DNA of 64,000 nucleotides. Origin: Nemertoderma westbladi (Eukaryota > Animalia > Xenacoelomorpha). Below, in pieces: positions 36,601 to 45,239 of the stretch (positions within the stretch are counted from its first letter, which is position 1; each line of letters opens with the position of its first letter). Position numbers and translations under genes: made by a program. Under the pieces are notes generated by a model. That model did not search any database. It saw only the letters and a program-made list of their open reading frames with translations, and was not told where the DNA came from. The stretch lies in NCBI GenBank assembly GCA_032718475.1, contig JAUCBJ010008809.1, positions 1 through 64,000 of the forward strand. The letters run 5' to 3'.

Positions 36601-39600
36601 AGAGGGATCCCCAACAAGTGTGTGACTTTATGTTTGGGCTGCTCTAAACACTACCGTTACCAGGCTAGTCTACTGAAACACCAGAAACTCTGCTCGCTGT
36701 ATCAAACTCTAAACAACCGTAGTGCCTTCGACGAACTACCATTCTCAGTCCCACTGTACACAACAACATCGCCATGTATCGAACGTCGGTCTTCAAGCAT
36801 CAACATTCTAACATGGAACGTCGAGGGAATCAGATCTACAGTTAATACAACCACGGACAAAACGTTTGAGCAAACAGACATCCTTCTCCGGCGGAGACAA
36901 TGGTTGAAGACTTGGACTTTCCAGGTTTCACTTGTCACAATGTTGGTAGCATACGTGGCGACCACGGGCGACCTCGTGGCGACCACGGGCAATCTCGTGG
37001 CGACCACGAGCGACCTCGTGGCGACCACGGGCGACCCCGTGGCGACCACGGGCGACCCCGTGGCGACCACGGGCGACCACGTGGCGACCACGGGCGACCT
37101 CGTGGCGACCATGGTCGACCACGTGGCGACCACGGGCGACGACGTGGCGACCAGGGGCGACCCCGTGGCGACCACGGGCGACGACGTGGCGACCAGGGGC
37201 GACCTCGTGGCGACCACGTGGCGACCACGGGCGACCTCGTGGTGGAGTTTCTATTGCGATAAACACTTAATTTAACTTGATACCTCGCAATCGATTATTT
37301 ACAAGAATGATAATCGAATCGCTGTCGACACAAATAATTTATCTGTTATATGCGGATATTACGTTCCCTCTACAGACGTTACGGATATCCTGCATGAACT
37401 AATTACAGCAATAACTACAGTTCGCAATAAATCGAATAATCCAATTGTTCTATCTGGGGATTTCAACTGTAGAATTGACAAGCAATATGATCGTGGTGAA
37501 CTACTATGTAATGGTCTACGTGGTGCTGGTTTTCACTGTCTCAATGACCCATTGATCGCTACTTACATTTCATGGAATGGGGAAAGCGCAATAGAGTTAG
37601 TATTCATTGACGAGGAACTTATAGAAATTTCCACTTTTGATGTTTTACCTACAATGAACACCAAGCATCAACGCGGGTCTCTATACATCTGCTATTGGAC
37701 GATTATCTAAACAAACGAAATGAGAGAACTCCATCAATTAGACGAATTAATGTAGACAAACTTGGGGATATTCTGGACATTAATGAGTTTGAACATCTAC
37801 TCCATGAGGACATTAACACTGCTTGTACTTACCTAACTGACAAGATAGCAGCATCACACCAAACTCCGCGGCCGCGAAAGGCCAACCCTTGGTTCGACAA
37901 GACTTGTTATCTGTCTCGGAAGGACCTTTCAGCAGCCTACCAAGAATAATGAAGGTAAAACCGACGTAGCTAAACCGAGATAACTATAGATTATCACAAA
38001 GATAATACAAACAACTAATTGTTGAAAGAAAGAGGATCTATGAGTCGAACAGGGAACATCGCCTAATCGAAATCTGTGAAACCGAGAAAGATTCGTTTTG
38101 GAATATTCTGGAGACAAAGAAGAATACACAACCAATGGTTCAACAAGTCCAAGAAGAGATTGGTCCCAACACTTTAATAACCTCCTGAATACAACCAAGG
38201 ATACAGTCCTACCAAACATCTATTCTAATCCCTGCGATGATTTGGATAAGCCTATCGAGGCCTCCGAGATAACCTCTGCAGTCAATTCCAACAAGAATGG
38301 GAAGGCACCAGGTCCAGATGGAATTACCAATGACGCACTCAAGGCAGGCTTTTGCCACCTACTGCCATTTCTATTGGCTCTCTTCTCCCTGTGCTTCTCT
38401 GCTGGAGTCTGCCCTCTCATCTGGTTGACCTCTTAAATCATCCCCCTTTACAAGGGCAAGGGCAGCCGATCCTTTCCAGACTGCTACAGAGGCGTGGCAC
38501 CTGTCTGTTGAAGACTGTATACTTCAATTCTTGGCACTCGCTTATACATCTGGGCAGAGTCAAACTCCATATTACCGTGCGCAATACGGCTATCGCAAAC
38601 AGAGATCTACAACTATGGCTGCCAAAGCAATTCACACTATTATTAAGGACGCACTTCAGCCAACAAGGGGTCAGATTTACTGCGTCTTGGTTGATTTTAG
38701 AAAGTGCTTCGACTCTATTAACAGATCAAAAGTATGCTCGAAGTTATCCTGTCTTGGCATCAGTCGAAAATTTATCACCGCGATATGGGCCATACTAGCA
38801 ATAAACTTTGTTTGTATATGTATTGCTGCCCTGTTGGCTTGTTTTACATTTAATGGGGGGCACCAAAACAGATATATTTTCGCAATATAAAATCAATTCG
38901 TGGCTGCTAGATCTCCCATCACTACCTTCACTGAGTGTCAATAAATACGGAATTAAAACTCTTCTAAAACGAAAGAGGTGTAGTGAACAGCAAGATATCT
39001 CAGACGTGGATCTTATAAAAACCTGGTTTATAACTTGTGTATTAAATATGAGGGTTACTACTTTTACTGATTTCGCGTCCAAGCAAGAAGTAATTATGGA
39101 CTATATAAACCAAAGTTAATATAGTCACCGGGGTGTTAGCCATTTAATTGAACTCGGCAATGGTTAATAAATGTATTATGGTTTATTTGTTTCGTTATGA
39201 TGTTTGTAGACCAACAATGTTCTTTTATATTCATTCCGATAGTATGTGTTGCTCTGTGCCTCTATGGTATTTTTACTTAAATGTGTTTGTTTGTAATTCA
39301 GTGCAAAACCATTTTATTATTCTGTGTTCTGGAACCGATCACACAGACCATTGGAGTTATTCAAGGTGACAAGCTATCCCATCCCCTCTCTTATTCACCT
39401 TATTTGTTTCCGACCTCCCTGCAGTTATTATAGCAACTGGATGCCTAATATTTATGTATGCTGACGATCTAGTTATTTGTGGAAATTCCATTGCGCAAGT
39501 TCAGATTGGACTCGATGCATTACTTGACTACTGCAGAGACAACGATCTAACAGTTAATATCTTAAAAACGAAAGTTGTTAAATTCAGACGTGGAGGCCGG

Positions 39601-42600
39601 TTATCACGGGACGATGTTCTCTTTATGATGGACAACAACTTGAGTTTGTTAATTTATTAAATTACCTCGGCGTTGTTCTTTCCACAAAGGGCGGTTCCAG
39701 TGGGCACTACAAAGACCTTTATAATAAAAGGGGTGACCTGTCGCATCCGGCTGGCGTTGAAGGTGAACCTAACCTTGTTATCATTGGAGTCGGCAAAACG
39801 ACTCTGGCAGAGCATAATTCTACCGGCGGTATCATACGGCTGCACCACCTACGTCAATGTAGATGAGGTCGCTAAACTCGAACACGTTTTCCGAACCAGG
39901 GCTTTCTTCTGGAAGCTCTGGTGCGGCCTCAGTAAATTCGCCTCGTCATCGTCCATTCTTGCAGCGAGACCACCCCCAATGATGAATGATGAATAGATCT
40001 GACCAGTTTAACCGGTTTCCGCCGTCGATCAGCTGCGCAACTGATCTCCAATGGCTTTCATCACAAACTGTGTCAGTCCCCAAAATGCTGGAGGCCCACT
40101 GAAGACTGCATTTGCTGGCTCTGCCACGGCAAAGCGGTCTCCAAAGACCACTATTCAATTTGCTACGCTCTCCCCCGATTTAACTCCGACCTTGGCAGCT
40201 CGCTGACTTTATTTACATATTTATTTTTATTCCATTCAGGTCACATTTTACCAATTTAAGTTTAATTTTAGTAACAGTGTGTCATTAATTCCAAAATGTT
40301 TGGTTAATATAATTAAATTCAATATTATTTTGTAAATTGTTTAATTTCATTTTAGCTAGAAGTCTTTGTACTTATGACAATTGTTAAAAAAAATTATATA
40401 TGAATCCTTTTTTCGAATTGATTCTTTTCTTGTAGTTATTATTTTCTTTAAAATCCTGTTTTAAATTATTCTTAATGTTAACATCCGATCAACCTTTAGT
40501 TTGAATATTAAAAAAAATATTTCAATAATCCATAATCTGGAATTATTATTCGCAGTCGTGGAGATTTGGTGGATCTAAATGGAGTCACATTCGGATGACC
40601 ATGGATTATACAGAAGTACCGACGTGGTCAGAGACATTTGGGTTAGTTTAGGTATATTATTAACCAGAGCATTTTTCAATAAATAGTATTTTGAAATAGC
40701 ATTTTTTAATTTGAGATCTAACTAGCATGTGATCGATTAATGATTAAAACCAGTAGGCCTATTAGCCTGAACTTTGACTGAAATTTGTAATTTGGTATCA
40801 CTTAGACTACAACAGGTCAACATCATATACACATGAGTTGTGTATTCGGCCATCTGTTGATTAATTATATTTTTTATAACTTCTGCTAAAAACTTATGTT
40901 ACACTTTATATTTCAGTTTTAAACTTACTATTGAGATGAGGAGTAGTGTTGATGCTGGAATAATATTATTGGGATGTTCGTTGAATATTAACGAGATTCC
41001 GGATTATAAATACTGTTTAACGCTTCACATGGCAGTAGGATTGGTTCACTTGTACACATTCTCCGCAAAGAATACCTTCTACAACAATCTCATTGATTTT
41101 ACTAATGTTGTTCATATTGAATCACAAAAACCTATTAACGACGGTTTATTCCACAAGGTAGGTAGGTATTATATATCAAATTACATTAATGTGCCTTTCC
41201 TTGTCTTCGCTTTGAGGTTGTGACGGCTACGTGTTTAATGTAAGAGTTTTCCTAATAAACACTTGAGTTATGAATGTTACAGGTAGAAGTAAATTACAGT
41301 TACGGGAGGTGGGAGCTCTTAATAGATGGAGCTGTTGGAGGTACAGCGAAGGGAAACTTGGTTGAGATCCTGGACTGGGTGATCGTAGGTGGATTGCAAA
41401 ATGACTATTCAGTAATACATCATTTGGAAAATGTAAGTTTATTGTTGAATCTTACATATAAATAATACCGGTAATTAAATTTAAAAAATGAATTAGGACG
41501 GATGCCAAAACTAAATTCCACCATTTCACACAACTTCAGTGTTTAACCATAACCATGTCACACAATATTGTGTACAAAACCTCCAATTTTGCTACAAATC
41601 TTAATGAAAAATTCTTGACTTTTGCGTTTAGAAGGTTAGTTAATATTTATCCGCATTAAAAATATCCAGTTACATTTACATTTATTGTTGCGACAGTAAA
41701 CTCATTTTACATACATTGATTTGCATCTGATTAACGAAATATTCACTGGAAATATTATCTTAAATCAGGAATGGTTAAATATTCCGTCATTTAATGGGTG
41801 CGTCCGGGAATTTAGCGTTTCATTACAAAACGAGGTTGTCATTTCTTTGGACAATTACAATCCCATTGATGGACATAGAATATATCATTGTTATTCCAAA
41901 GAATCAGAGGGCAACTACTTCGGTGGTAAAGGATTTATTTCTGTCTGTGAGTTTATACTGATTAGTGCAATATAGTGTACTGTAATATGCATTCTTTTAA
42001 TCTCATTCATAGAAAACGCACCAGCCCACGGTATTGTCATGTGATGCATGTAGACCTACTGTAGACCTAATAACAAACCGACCCAAATAATAAATAATTT
42101 TATTTATATTCGAAAATTTAAATATTCTGTAACTCTGGCAGGTAGATCAGGATGTATAAAATGGATAACTTTTTATGGCGGGTGGGAATTCAGTTAGTGC
42201 AAGTCTATATGGCGGGCATGCACCAAGTGAGTTGTGTCTGTTATCGGTACACCTAAACCCCCCCGCCTCATAAATTCACTAGTAGAGATAACATACTGTA
42301 TGTGGGGGACGGGTGGGGGGGGGGGGGGGGGGGGGGGAATTTCAAACATATACTGTATCAGCACTCGCACTGCAGATTGAAGCTGTAGGGTGTAGGCCTA
42401 CAGTCTAAACTTATCGGATACTAAATCGGTCTAAACTAATAAGATTATTAAACTAATTGTATTTATCGAAATAGATTCACGTTTCCGGATCGGTACCCAG
42501 ACTAAGTTTTCAATGAGAATTCGACCTTTACTACTCAACGGTATCTTGTTAGCTGTAAAGAATACTAATGGAGGGGATGATTCTTTTACTGTGTTTATTT

Positions 42601-43221
42601 CCAATGGGAAGGTAATTAATAATTAATTATAATATTAATATTCGAAAGTAAGTTATAATTTAGTATTAACTTTTATCTTGGCACGACTATTTGAGGCTTC
42701 GTAATTGAAGGAATTAAAGATCAGATTTCCAAAATATTATATTTCAGATTGTTATGAAGCTAACAAGGGGATTGACAAGTCTCAATGCAACATCAGAAAA
42801 TATTTACAGATTGAATGATAGGCGGTGGCATTTAGTATCAATTGCAAAGGATTTCAATTCGATTCGTCTGACGTTAAATGGAGTTGAAACGGTAACATTC
42901 GATGTTGCAATTTTAAATGGAACTCTGAACACAGATTCACCGTTGTATATTGGAGGTTTACCTTGGGGTAAGTACATTCCAGGTTCGGTACTCTGGGGCG
43001 AGCCACGAAGTTGTACATCTAAATAAATACGCATGTTTATTTTATTGTTTTATGTTCTAGAACACCCGCACAACCTTGATAAACTTCCACTCACCAACTT
43101 CACAGGATGTTTGAAAGACTTCCAATATTGGGGGAATCCTTGGGATTTCGGGGCTGATGTTGACTCAAAAGGAATTCAATATTACGGTGATTTTTCACCA
43201 AACGGTTGTCCAACTTGCTAA
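2889..43221 (+). CDS. LAMA: Short laminin alpha-like chain, 19 coding exons, ~5637 nt CDS, ~1878 aa (SP-LE-L4-LE-coiled coil-4xLG)
   Basis: Hand-spliced model with GT-AG introns and matching phases at all 18 junctions. It has laminin EGF Cys patterns, a long coiled-coil region and LG motifs (FxGCI/L, NDGxWH-like, LYIGGLP), ending CPTC-stop. The symbol is family-level only; no paralog is assigned. Confidence 0.88.
3449..4600 (+). mobile_element. Helentron/HINE (DINE-1)-like non-autonomous element
   Basis: Duplicated head with the hairpin GCCA-CGAAGT-TGGC, (GTC)n microsatellite, then ~310-bp tandem units with a recurring CCGCTAGAGGG. Classified by architecture only. Confidence 0.5.
4735..5009. 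repeat. 13-bp minisatellite (GCAGACACCTGGT)n, ~21 copies
   Basis: Direct reading; it explains the overlapping ORFs at 4672-5034. Confidence 0.97.
5717..6190. repeat. 15-bp minisatellite (GTGTGTACCATGTTT)n, ~31 copies
   Basis: Direct reading; it lies between GGGGGC..GCCCCC MITE-like ends at ~5430 and ~6650. Confidence 0.97.
7407..7642 (+). CDS. Laminin exon 2 (LE repeats)
   Basis: TTTCAG acceptor; [10 protein letters not shown]...[34 protein letters not shown]...CKCK; donor AG|GTAT, phase 0. Confidence 0.92.
7720..7840 (-). mobile_element. tRNA-derived SINE, copy 1
   Basis: Reverse strand reads CTAGCTGAATGGTTAGAGCGTCAGAC (A box), followed by the shared tail CACCAATAATAAATTAT. Confidence 0.7.
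7941..8092 (+). mobile_element. tRNA-derived SINE, copy 2
   Basis: GAGCGTCAGACTTCCAAC..GGAGGTCACC.GTTCGACCC plus the same tail as copies 1 and 3. Confidence 0.7.
8287..9912 (+). mobile_element. tRNA-derived SINE, copy 3, split by a foldback insertion
   Basis: Head at 8287-8351 (A box TAGCTGAATGG, B box GTTCGATCCC); the tail resumes at 9823-9912. Confidence 0.7.
8352..9822. mobile_element. Non-autonomous hAT-like foldback DNA transposon
   Basis: TIRs TAGGGCGGTGCGTTTTTTAC / GTAAAAAACGCACCGCCCTA and an 8-bp TSD ACCTGGAC (8344-8351, 9823-9830). The interior is largely palindromic, with no transposase ORF. Confidence 0.88.
10215..13042 (+). CDS. Laminin exon 3 (LE, divergent L4, LE repeats, coiled coil)
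   Basis: TTTTAG acceptor in frame with the 930-aa [15 protein letters not shown]...[10 protein letters not shown], ~160-aa insert, [18 protein letters not shown], further LE repeats, then helical heptad-rich region. Donor AG|GTATG, phase 2. Confidence 0.95.
13169..15393. repeat. GC-rich 54/55-bp minisatellite, ~40 copies
   Basis: Unit GTGAGATCTGGGGGCGCTATGTTGCTGGGTCCGCCGGCACTGTGTGTGGCTGACC; 54- and 55-bp variants alternate in the distal part. Confidence 0.97.
15520..15760 (-). mobile_element. tRNA-derived SINE with Meta-domain-like core
   Basis: Reverse strand has a tRNA-like head (CTAGTGGT...GGTTCGATCC), then GGCTTTCATCCTTCAGTGGTCGATAAATGGGAAC, which resembles the MetaSINE central domain as I recall it. 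Confidence 0.65.
16063..16211 (+). CDS. Laminin exon 4 (end of coiled coil)
   Basis: [50 protein letters not shown]; phases 2 and 1 fit the neighbouring exons. Confidence 0.82.
17218..17384 (+). CDS. Laminin exon 5 (LG1)
   Basis: [10 protein letters not shown]...[17 protein letters not shown]...[13 protein letters not shown]; TTTTAG acceptor, GTAAGT donor. Confidence 0.88.
17510..17601 (+). CDS. Laminin exon 6 (LG1)
   Basis: VQWDTG...[11 protein letters not shown]; TACAG acceptor, GTAAGT donor. Confidence 0.88.
17907..18102 (+). CDS. Laminin exon 7 (LG1)
   Basis: [11 protein letters not shown]...[23 protein letters not shown]; phase 2 in, phase 0 out (GTAGGT). The donor position is less certain. 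Confidence 0.78.
18950..19875 (-). mobile_element. Decayed RTE-clade LINE, RT fragment
   Basis: Frameshifted ORFs carry [41 protein letters not shown] and [10 protein letters not shown]. Confidence 0.88.
19880..20879. mobile_element. ~1-kb foldback element truncating the RTE LINE
   Basis: Long inverted arms, e.g. GGGGTAACAAGGTGCCCTGAATC/GATTCAGGGCACCTTGTTACCCC and TGCTCAGATAATTTCTTACATTG/CAATGTAAGAAATTATCTGAGCA. Confidence 0.85.
21071..22447. repeat. 16-bp minisatellite (GTGAACCAGGGCGATA)n, ~85 diverged copies
   Basis: Direct reading; period 16. Confidence 0.95.
23281..23496 (+). CDS. Laminin exon 8 (LG1 end / LG2 start)
   Basis: [25 protein letters not shown]...CSSC...[10 protein letters not shown]; TTCAG acceptor, GTAAAT donor. 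Confidence 0.9.
23826..24344. repeat. 19-bp minisatellite (GAGAATGCAAACTCGGCCC)n, ~27 copies
   Basis: Direct reading. Confidence 0.96.
24648..24803 (+). CDS. Laminin exon 9 (LG2)
   Basis: [13 protein letters not shown]...[21 protein letters not shown]...ASTRYP; CTACAG acceptor, GTAAGT donor. Confidence 0.9.
24823..26488. repeat. 24-bp minisatellite (GTCATGCCTTTTGATATGATATGA)n, ~70 copies
   Basis: Direct reading. It starts ~20 nt after the exon 9 donor, and degenerate units resume after 27402. Confidence 0.96.
26599..26644 (-). ncRNA. Minimal type I hammerhead ribozyme, copy 1
   Basis: AGCGCTA-CTGATGA-GGTCTGATAGGCT-GAAAC-GTAC-GTA-TAGCGCT on the minus strand. Confidence 0.85.
26945..26990 (-). 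ncRNA. Minimal type I hammerhead ribozyme, copy 2
   Basis: AGCGCTA-CTGATGA-GGCCTGATAGGCT-GAAAC-GTAC-GTA-TAGCGCT: intact core, 7-bp stem I, palindromic loop III. Confidence 0.88.
27294..27339 (+). ncRNA. Minimal type I hammerhead ribozyme, copy 3 (sense to the laminin pre-mRNA)
   Basis: AGCGCTT-CTGATGA-GGCCTGATAGGCT-GAAAC-GTAC-GTA-TAGCGCT; U-U mismatch at the innermost pair of stem I. Confidence 0.8.
28013..28146 (+). CDS. Laminin exon 10 (LG2)
   Basis: [24 protein letters not shown]...NQLNVPP; TTACAG acceptor. The phase-2 donor CT|GTGAGT is the first unit of the 28-bp array. Confidence 0.8.
28133..31735. repeat. 28-bp minisatellite spanning the exon 10 donor, (CCTCTGTGAGTCAGACAGAACGTTCCCT)n, ~125 copies
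   Basis: Direct reading; the first unit is the real exon end plus donor. Confidence 0.96.
32022..32118 (+). CDS. Laminin exon 11 (LG2)
   Basis: [10 protein letters not shown]...[12 protein letters not shown]; TATAG acceptor. The donor CAG|GTTAGT is the first unit of the 36-bp array. Confidence 0.88.
32098..36142. repeat. 36-bp minisatellite spanning the exon 11 donor, (TGGTGTTTATCGAATATACAGGTTAGTGTGTTGGAT)n, ~112 copies
   Basis: Direct reading; highly homogeneous, with +1 shifts near 32525 and 34320. Confidence 0.98.
36268..36375 (+). CDS. Laminin exon 12 (LG2 end / linker)
   Basis: [36 protein letters not shown]; ATTAG acceptor, AAG|GTTTG donor, phase 0-0. It supplies the closing Cys of LG2. 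Confidence 0.72.
36954..37243. repeat. 21-bp minisatellite (CGTGGCGACCACGGGCGACCT)n inside the LINE endonuclease
   Basis: ~14 copies; amplification of the RGDHGRP codons just before GGVSIAI. Confidence 0.95.
38817..39285. mobile_element. ~470-bp insertion within the LINE RT region
   Basis: Flanked by the direct repeat TTTGTTTGTA (38807-38816, 39286-39295); RT motifs resume afterwards. Confidence 0.55.
40556..40641 (+). CDS. Laminin exon 13 (third LG, LG4-like start)
   Basis: [28 protein letters not shown]; CGCAG acceptor, GTTAGT donor, phase 2. Confidence 0.82.
40917..41157 (+). CDS. Laminin exon 14 (third LG)
   Basis: [19 protein letters not shown]...[10 protein letters not shown]; TTTCAG acceptor, GTAGGT donor. 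Confidence 0.9.
41283..41432 (+). CDS. Laminin exon 15 (third LG)
   Basis: [16 protein letters not shown]...VIVGGL; TTACAG acceptor, GTAAGT donor. Confidence 0.9.
41769..41946 (+). CDS. Laminin exon 16 (third LG end / last LG start)
   Basis: [15 protein letters not shown]...[19 protein letters not shown]; donor T|GTGAGT, phase 1. Confidence 0.9.
42475..42611 (+). CDS. Laminin exon 17 (last LG)
   Basis: [28 protein letters not shown]...FTVFISNGK; phases 1 and 0. Confidence 0.9.
42748..42967 (+). CDS. Laminin exon 18 (last LG)
   Basis: IVMKL...[11 protein letters not shown]...[12 protein letters not shown]; TTTCAG acceptor, GTAAGT donor. Confidence 0.93.
43061..43221 (+). CDS. Laminin exon 19 (terminal)
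   Basis: [21 protein letters not shown]...GCPTC-TAA; TTCTAG acceptor. Confidence 0.92.
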
Positions 43222-43243
43222 CAATGATAAGTTAGGGAGAGCC

Positions 43244-43249
43244 AATAAA
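43244..43249 (+). terminator. Candidate polyadenylation signal of the laminin gene
   Basis: AATAAA 23 nt after the stop codon; the 3' end is not otherwise verified. Confidence 0.4.
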
Positions 43250-43999
43250 ATATATACTCTTGAATTTGAATGGGAAAAACAGTGCAGTGTACATAACGCC
43301 TACAGTATGGATTTAATTATAATTTCACTTTATACTGTAAGTGTAAAAATGTTAGAAGAATTACTTCAGTTTATTTTATTTGTAATGGACAGTATAGGCA
43401 TAATACGTGCTTATGCTTTATACAGTACTTTATACGTCACTATAAAAAAAGTATTATATATTCTTTCATTGGAAAAGTAAGCCTATAAATAATTGAAGAA
43501 GACAAATTTATTGTTCTTATAACATTTAAATGGACGTGAAATTAGAAATAAGAATGAACTCATTTAATTATAATATTTTATATCGACGAGCCGTGGTGTT
43601 TCGTGTCTTTTTTTATATTTGAGGGTTTCATGTTTCATAACATTTTCTTAAAACGTTTTTAATAAGGTAAAACGTTTTTTAATACAGTAAGCCTAGCCTA
43701 GTAGGCCTTTGGATTGGTGAACTTAATAAGCAAGCAAACATGACAGAGTGTACATTCCTATTAATATTATTATTTACATACTGTACCTGTACCCGTACCG
43801 GTACTGGTAGTGTTGAAATTGTTTCAGTTTAATATACAGTAACTCGTCTAACACTGACGATTACTGATAGGAAGTTGGACTACAGTACTAAATTGTAATT
43901 ACAGCCTGCTGTTAAAGCGTGTAATGCATGGGATAAATAGGCTGTACAGAAGAATTTAGAATTAGAATTTGAAATTGTATACATTGTGATTACAGTAGG

Positions 44000-45227
44000 T
44001 GTAAAAGCTTTTACTGAATTGTCCGGTTATTTTTCCTTATTTTTCCCGTAAAGTACTCTGTAGTTGGTTTACCAGGCATAAAAAGGCCGTGTCCTTGCTG
44101 TACTGGTGTTTTAGCGGACATAAAAGCTATTTCTTCTGTATTTGTACTTTAGAGGACATAATCCGTAATTCCGTGACGTAAAAGCTCGATACTCTTGAAA
44201 ACAGTGTCGCTACCATGACGACGGCTAGCAGCTGATATTGCCACGTCGACGTTTCTTTGTTTCTCTGTTCTCTCGTTGTTCATGTTGACCAATCAGAGCG
44301 TTTGTGATCTCTGTGTTGGAGGTATATACAGAAACTCAGTAGTTCAGTGTTATGTTTTTGTCCAGAGCCTAAGAACCGGCTTTGGCACCTCCGTGTTTTA
44401 GTTTTTAGTCTTACACTAGTAGGTTTAATTATAAAGGGCATATATCCTTTAACGCACCTACCTGACTCATGGAATCACTGCATACTGATGACTGATGTCT
44501 GCATACTGCAGTACTGCATACACTGCATACTGTGTAACATTGTGCATACCTTTATATTGTTATACTGCTATTTACCGTCAGTTCTTCATAATATGGTTGA
44601 TGAATAATTATATTTGGAATAACGATAAACAACCCCGAAACCCAATGTTCTTGATATACCGAAGGTAAGAGAGAAGGGTTACAGATAAACGATTGTGACT
44701 TATGTTAAAGTGGTTTGAAGTGAATCTAATGTTATTTGATAGACCCTACATGAGCCAGTCTGTGTTCCTTTTATATGTGACTAAAATCAGTGAAGATCGG
44801 CAGATAAGTGTGCAGTATTGTGCAGCATTGTGTATGAGTGAGTCTGTTAAAGAAGCATTCCTAAAGAATGCGCCATATATGTGAATTATAATTAAGCCAT
44901 ATCGTTGTGAGTGGTTTAAGTCATAACTCTGTTTATATAGATAAAGCGCCACGTCCTAAAGGAACTGTTAATATTCCCGAAGGTGAATAATATTGTCAGA
45001 GATTATATAATACTGTCAGTCGAATAATACATTAGGCTTACATAGCAATAAAATTAAACCGTCGAACCCAATCTCCCGGGAATTTCCAGCGGGTGAATGG
45101 TCGCGCACGGATTGGTTTCGACTAGTGTAGTGAATCAAATACTTGTCAAAGACTAAAAACTGATTTAATATCTAGAAGACATCTTAATTTGGTGGGTTAA
45201 ACTGCCAAAGGTCTGAAAGCGCGAACA
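44000..45227 (+). repeat. 5' LTR of element A
   Basis: TGTAAAAGC...GCGCGAACA; repeated at 51397-52624. Confidence 0.96.
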
Positions 45228-45239
45228 TTAAAGGATATA
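45228..45239 (+). promoter_or_regulatory. Non-tRNA primer binding site of element A (candidate self-priming PBS)
   Basis: TTAAAGGATATA is the reverse complement of LTR 44441-44452 TATATCCTTTAA; there is no TGG start. Confidence 0.7.

Larger units (their letters stand above)
36415..40200 (+). mobile_element. Decayed LINE (CR1/L2-group-like) with APE endonuclease and RT
   Basis: [57 protein letters not shown] and [11 protein letters not shown], with many stops and frameshifts. Ends are approximate. Confidence 0.88.

Noticed and set aside
44289-44348. CCAAT + TATATA + TCAGT as the LTR promoter
   Set aside because: Plausible, but the TATA is TGTATAC in element B, so the start site cannot be called from sequence alone.
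44347-44952. Short ORFs repeated in all LTR copies
   Set aside because: They recur only because the LTRs are duplicated; they have no motifs and are not fully conserved between A and B.
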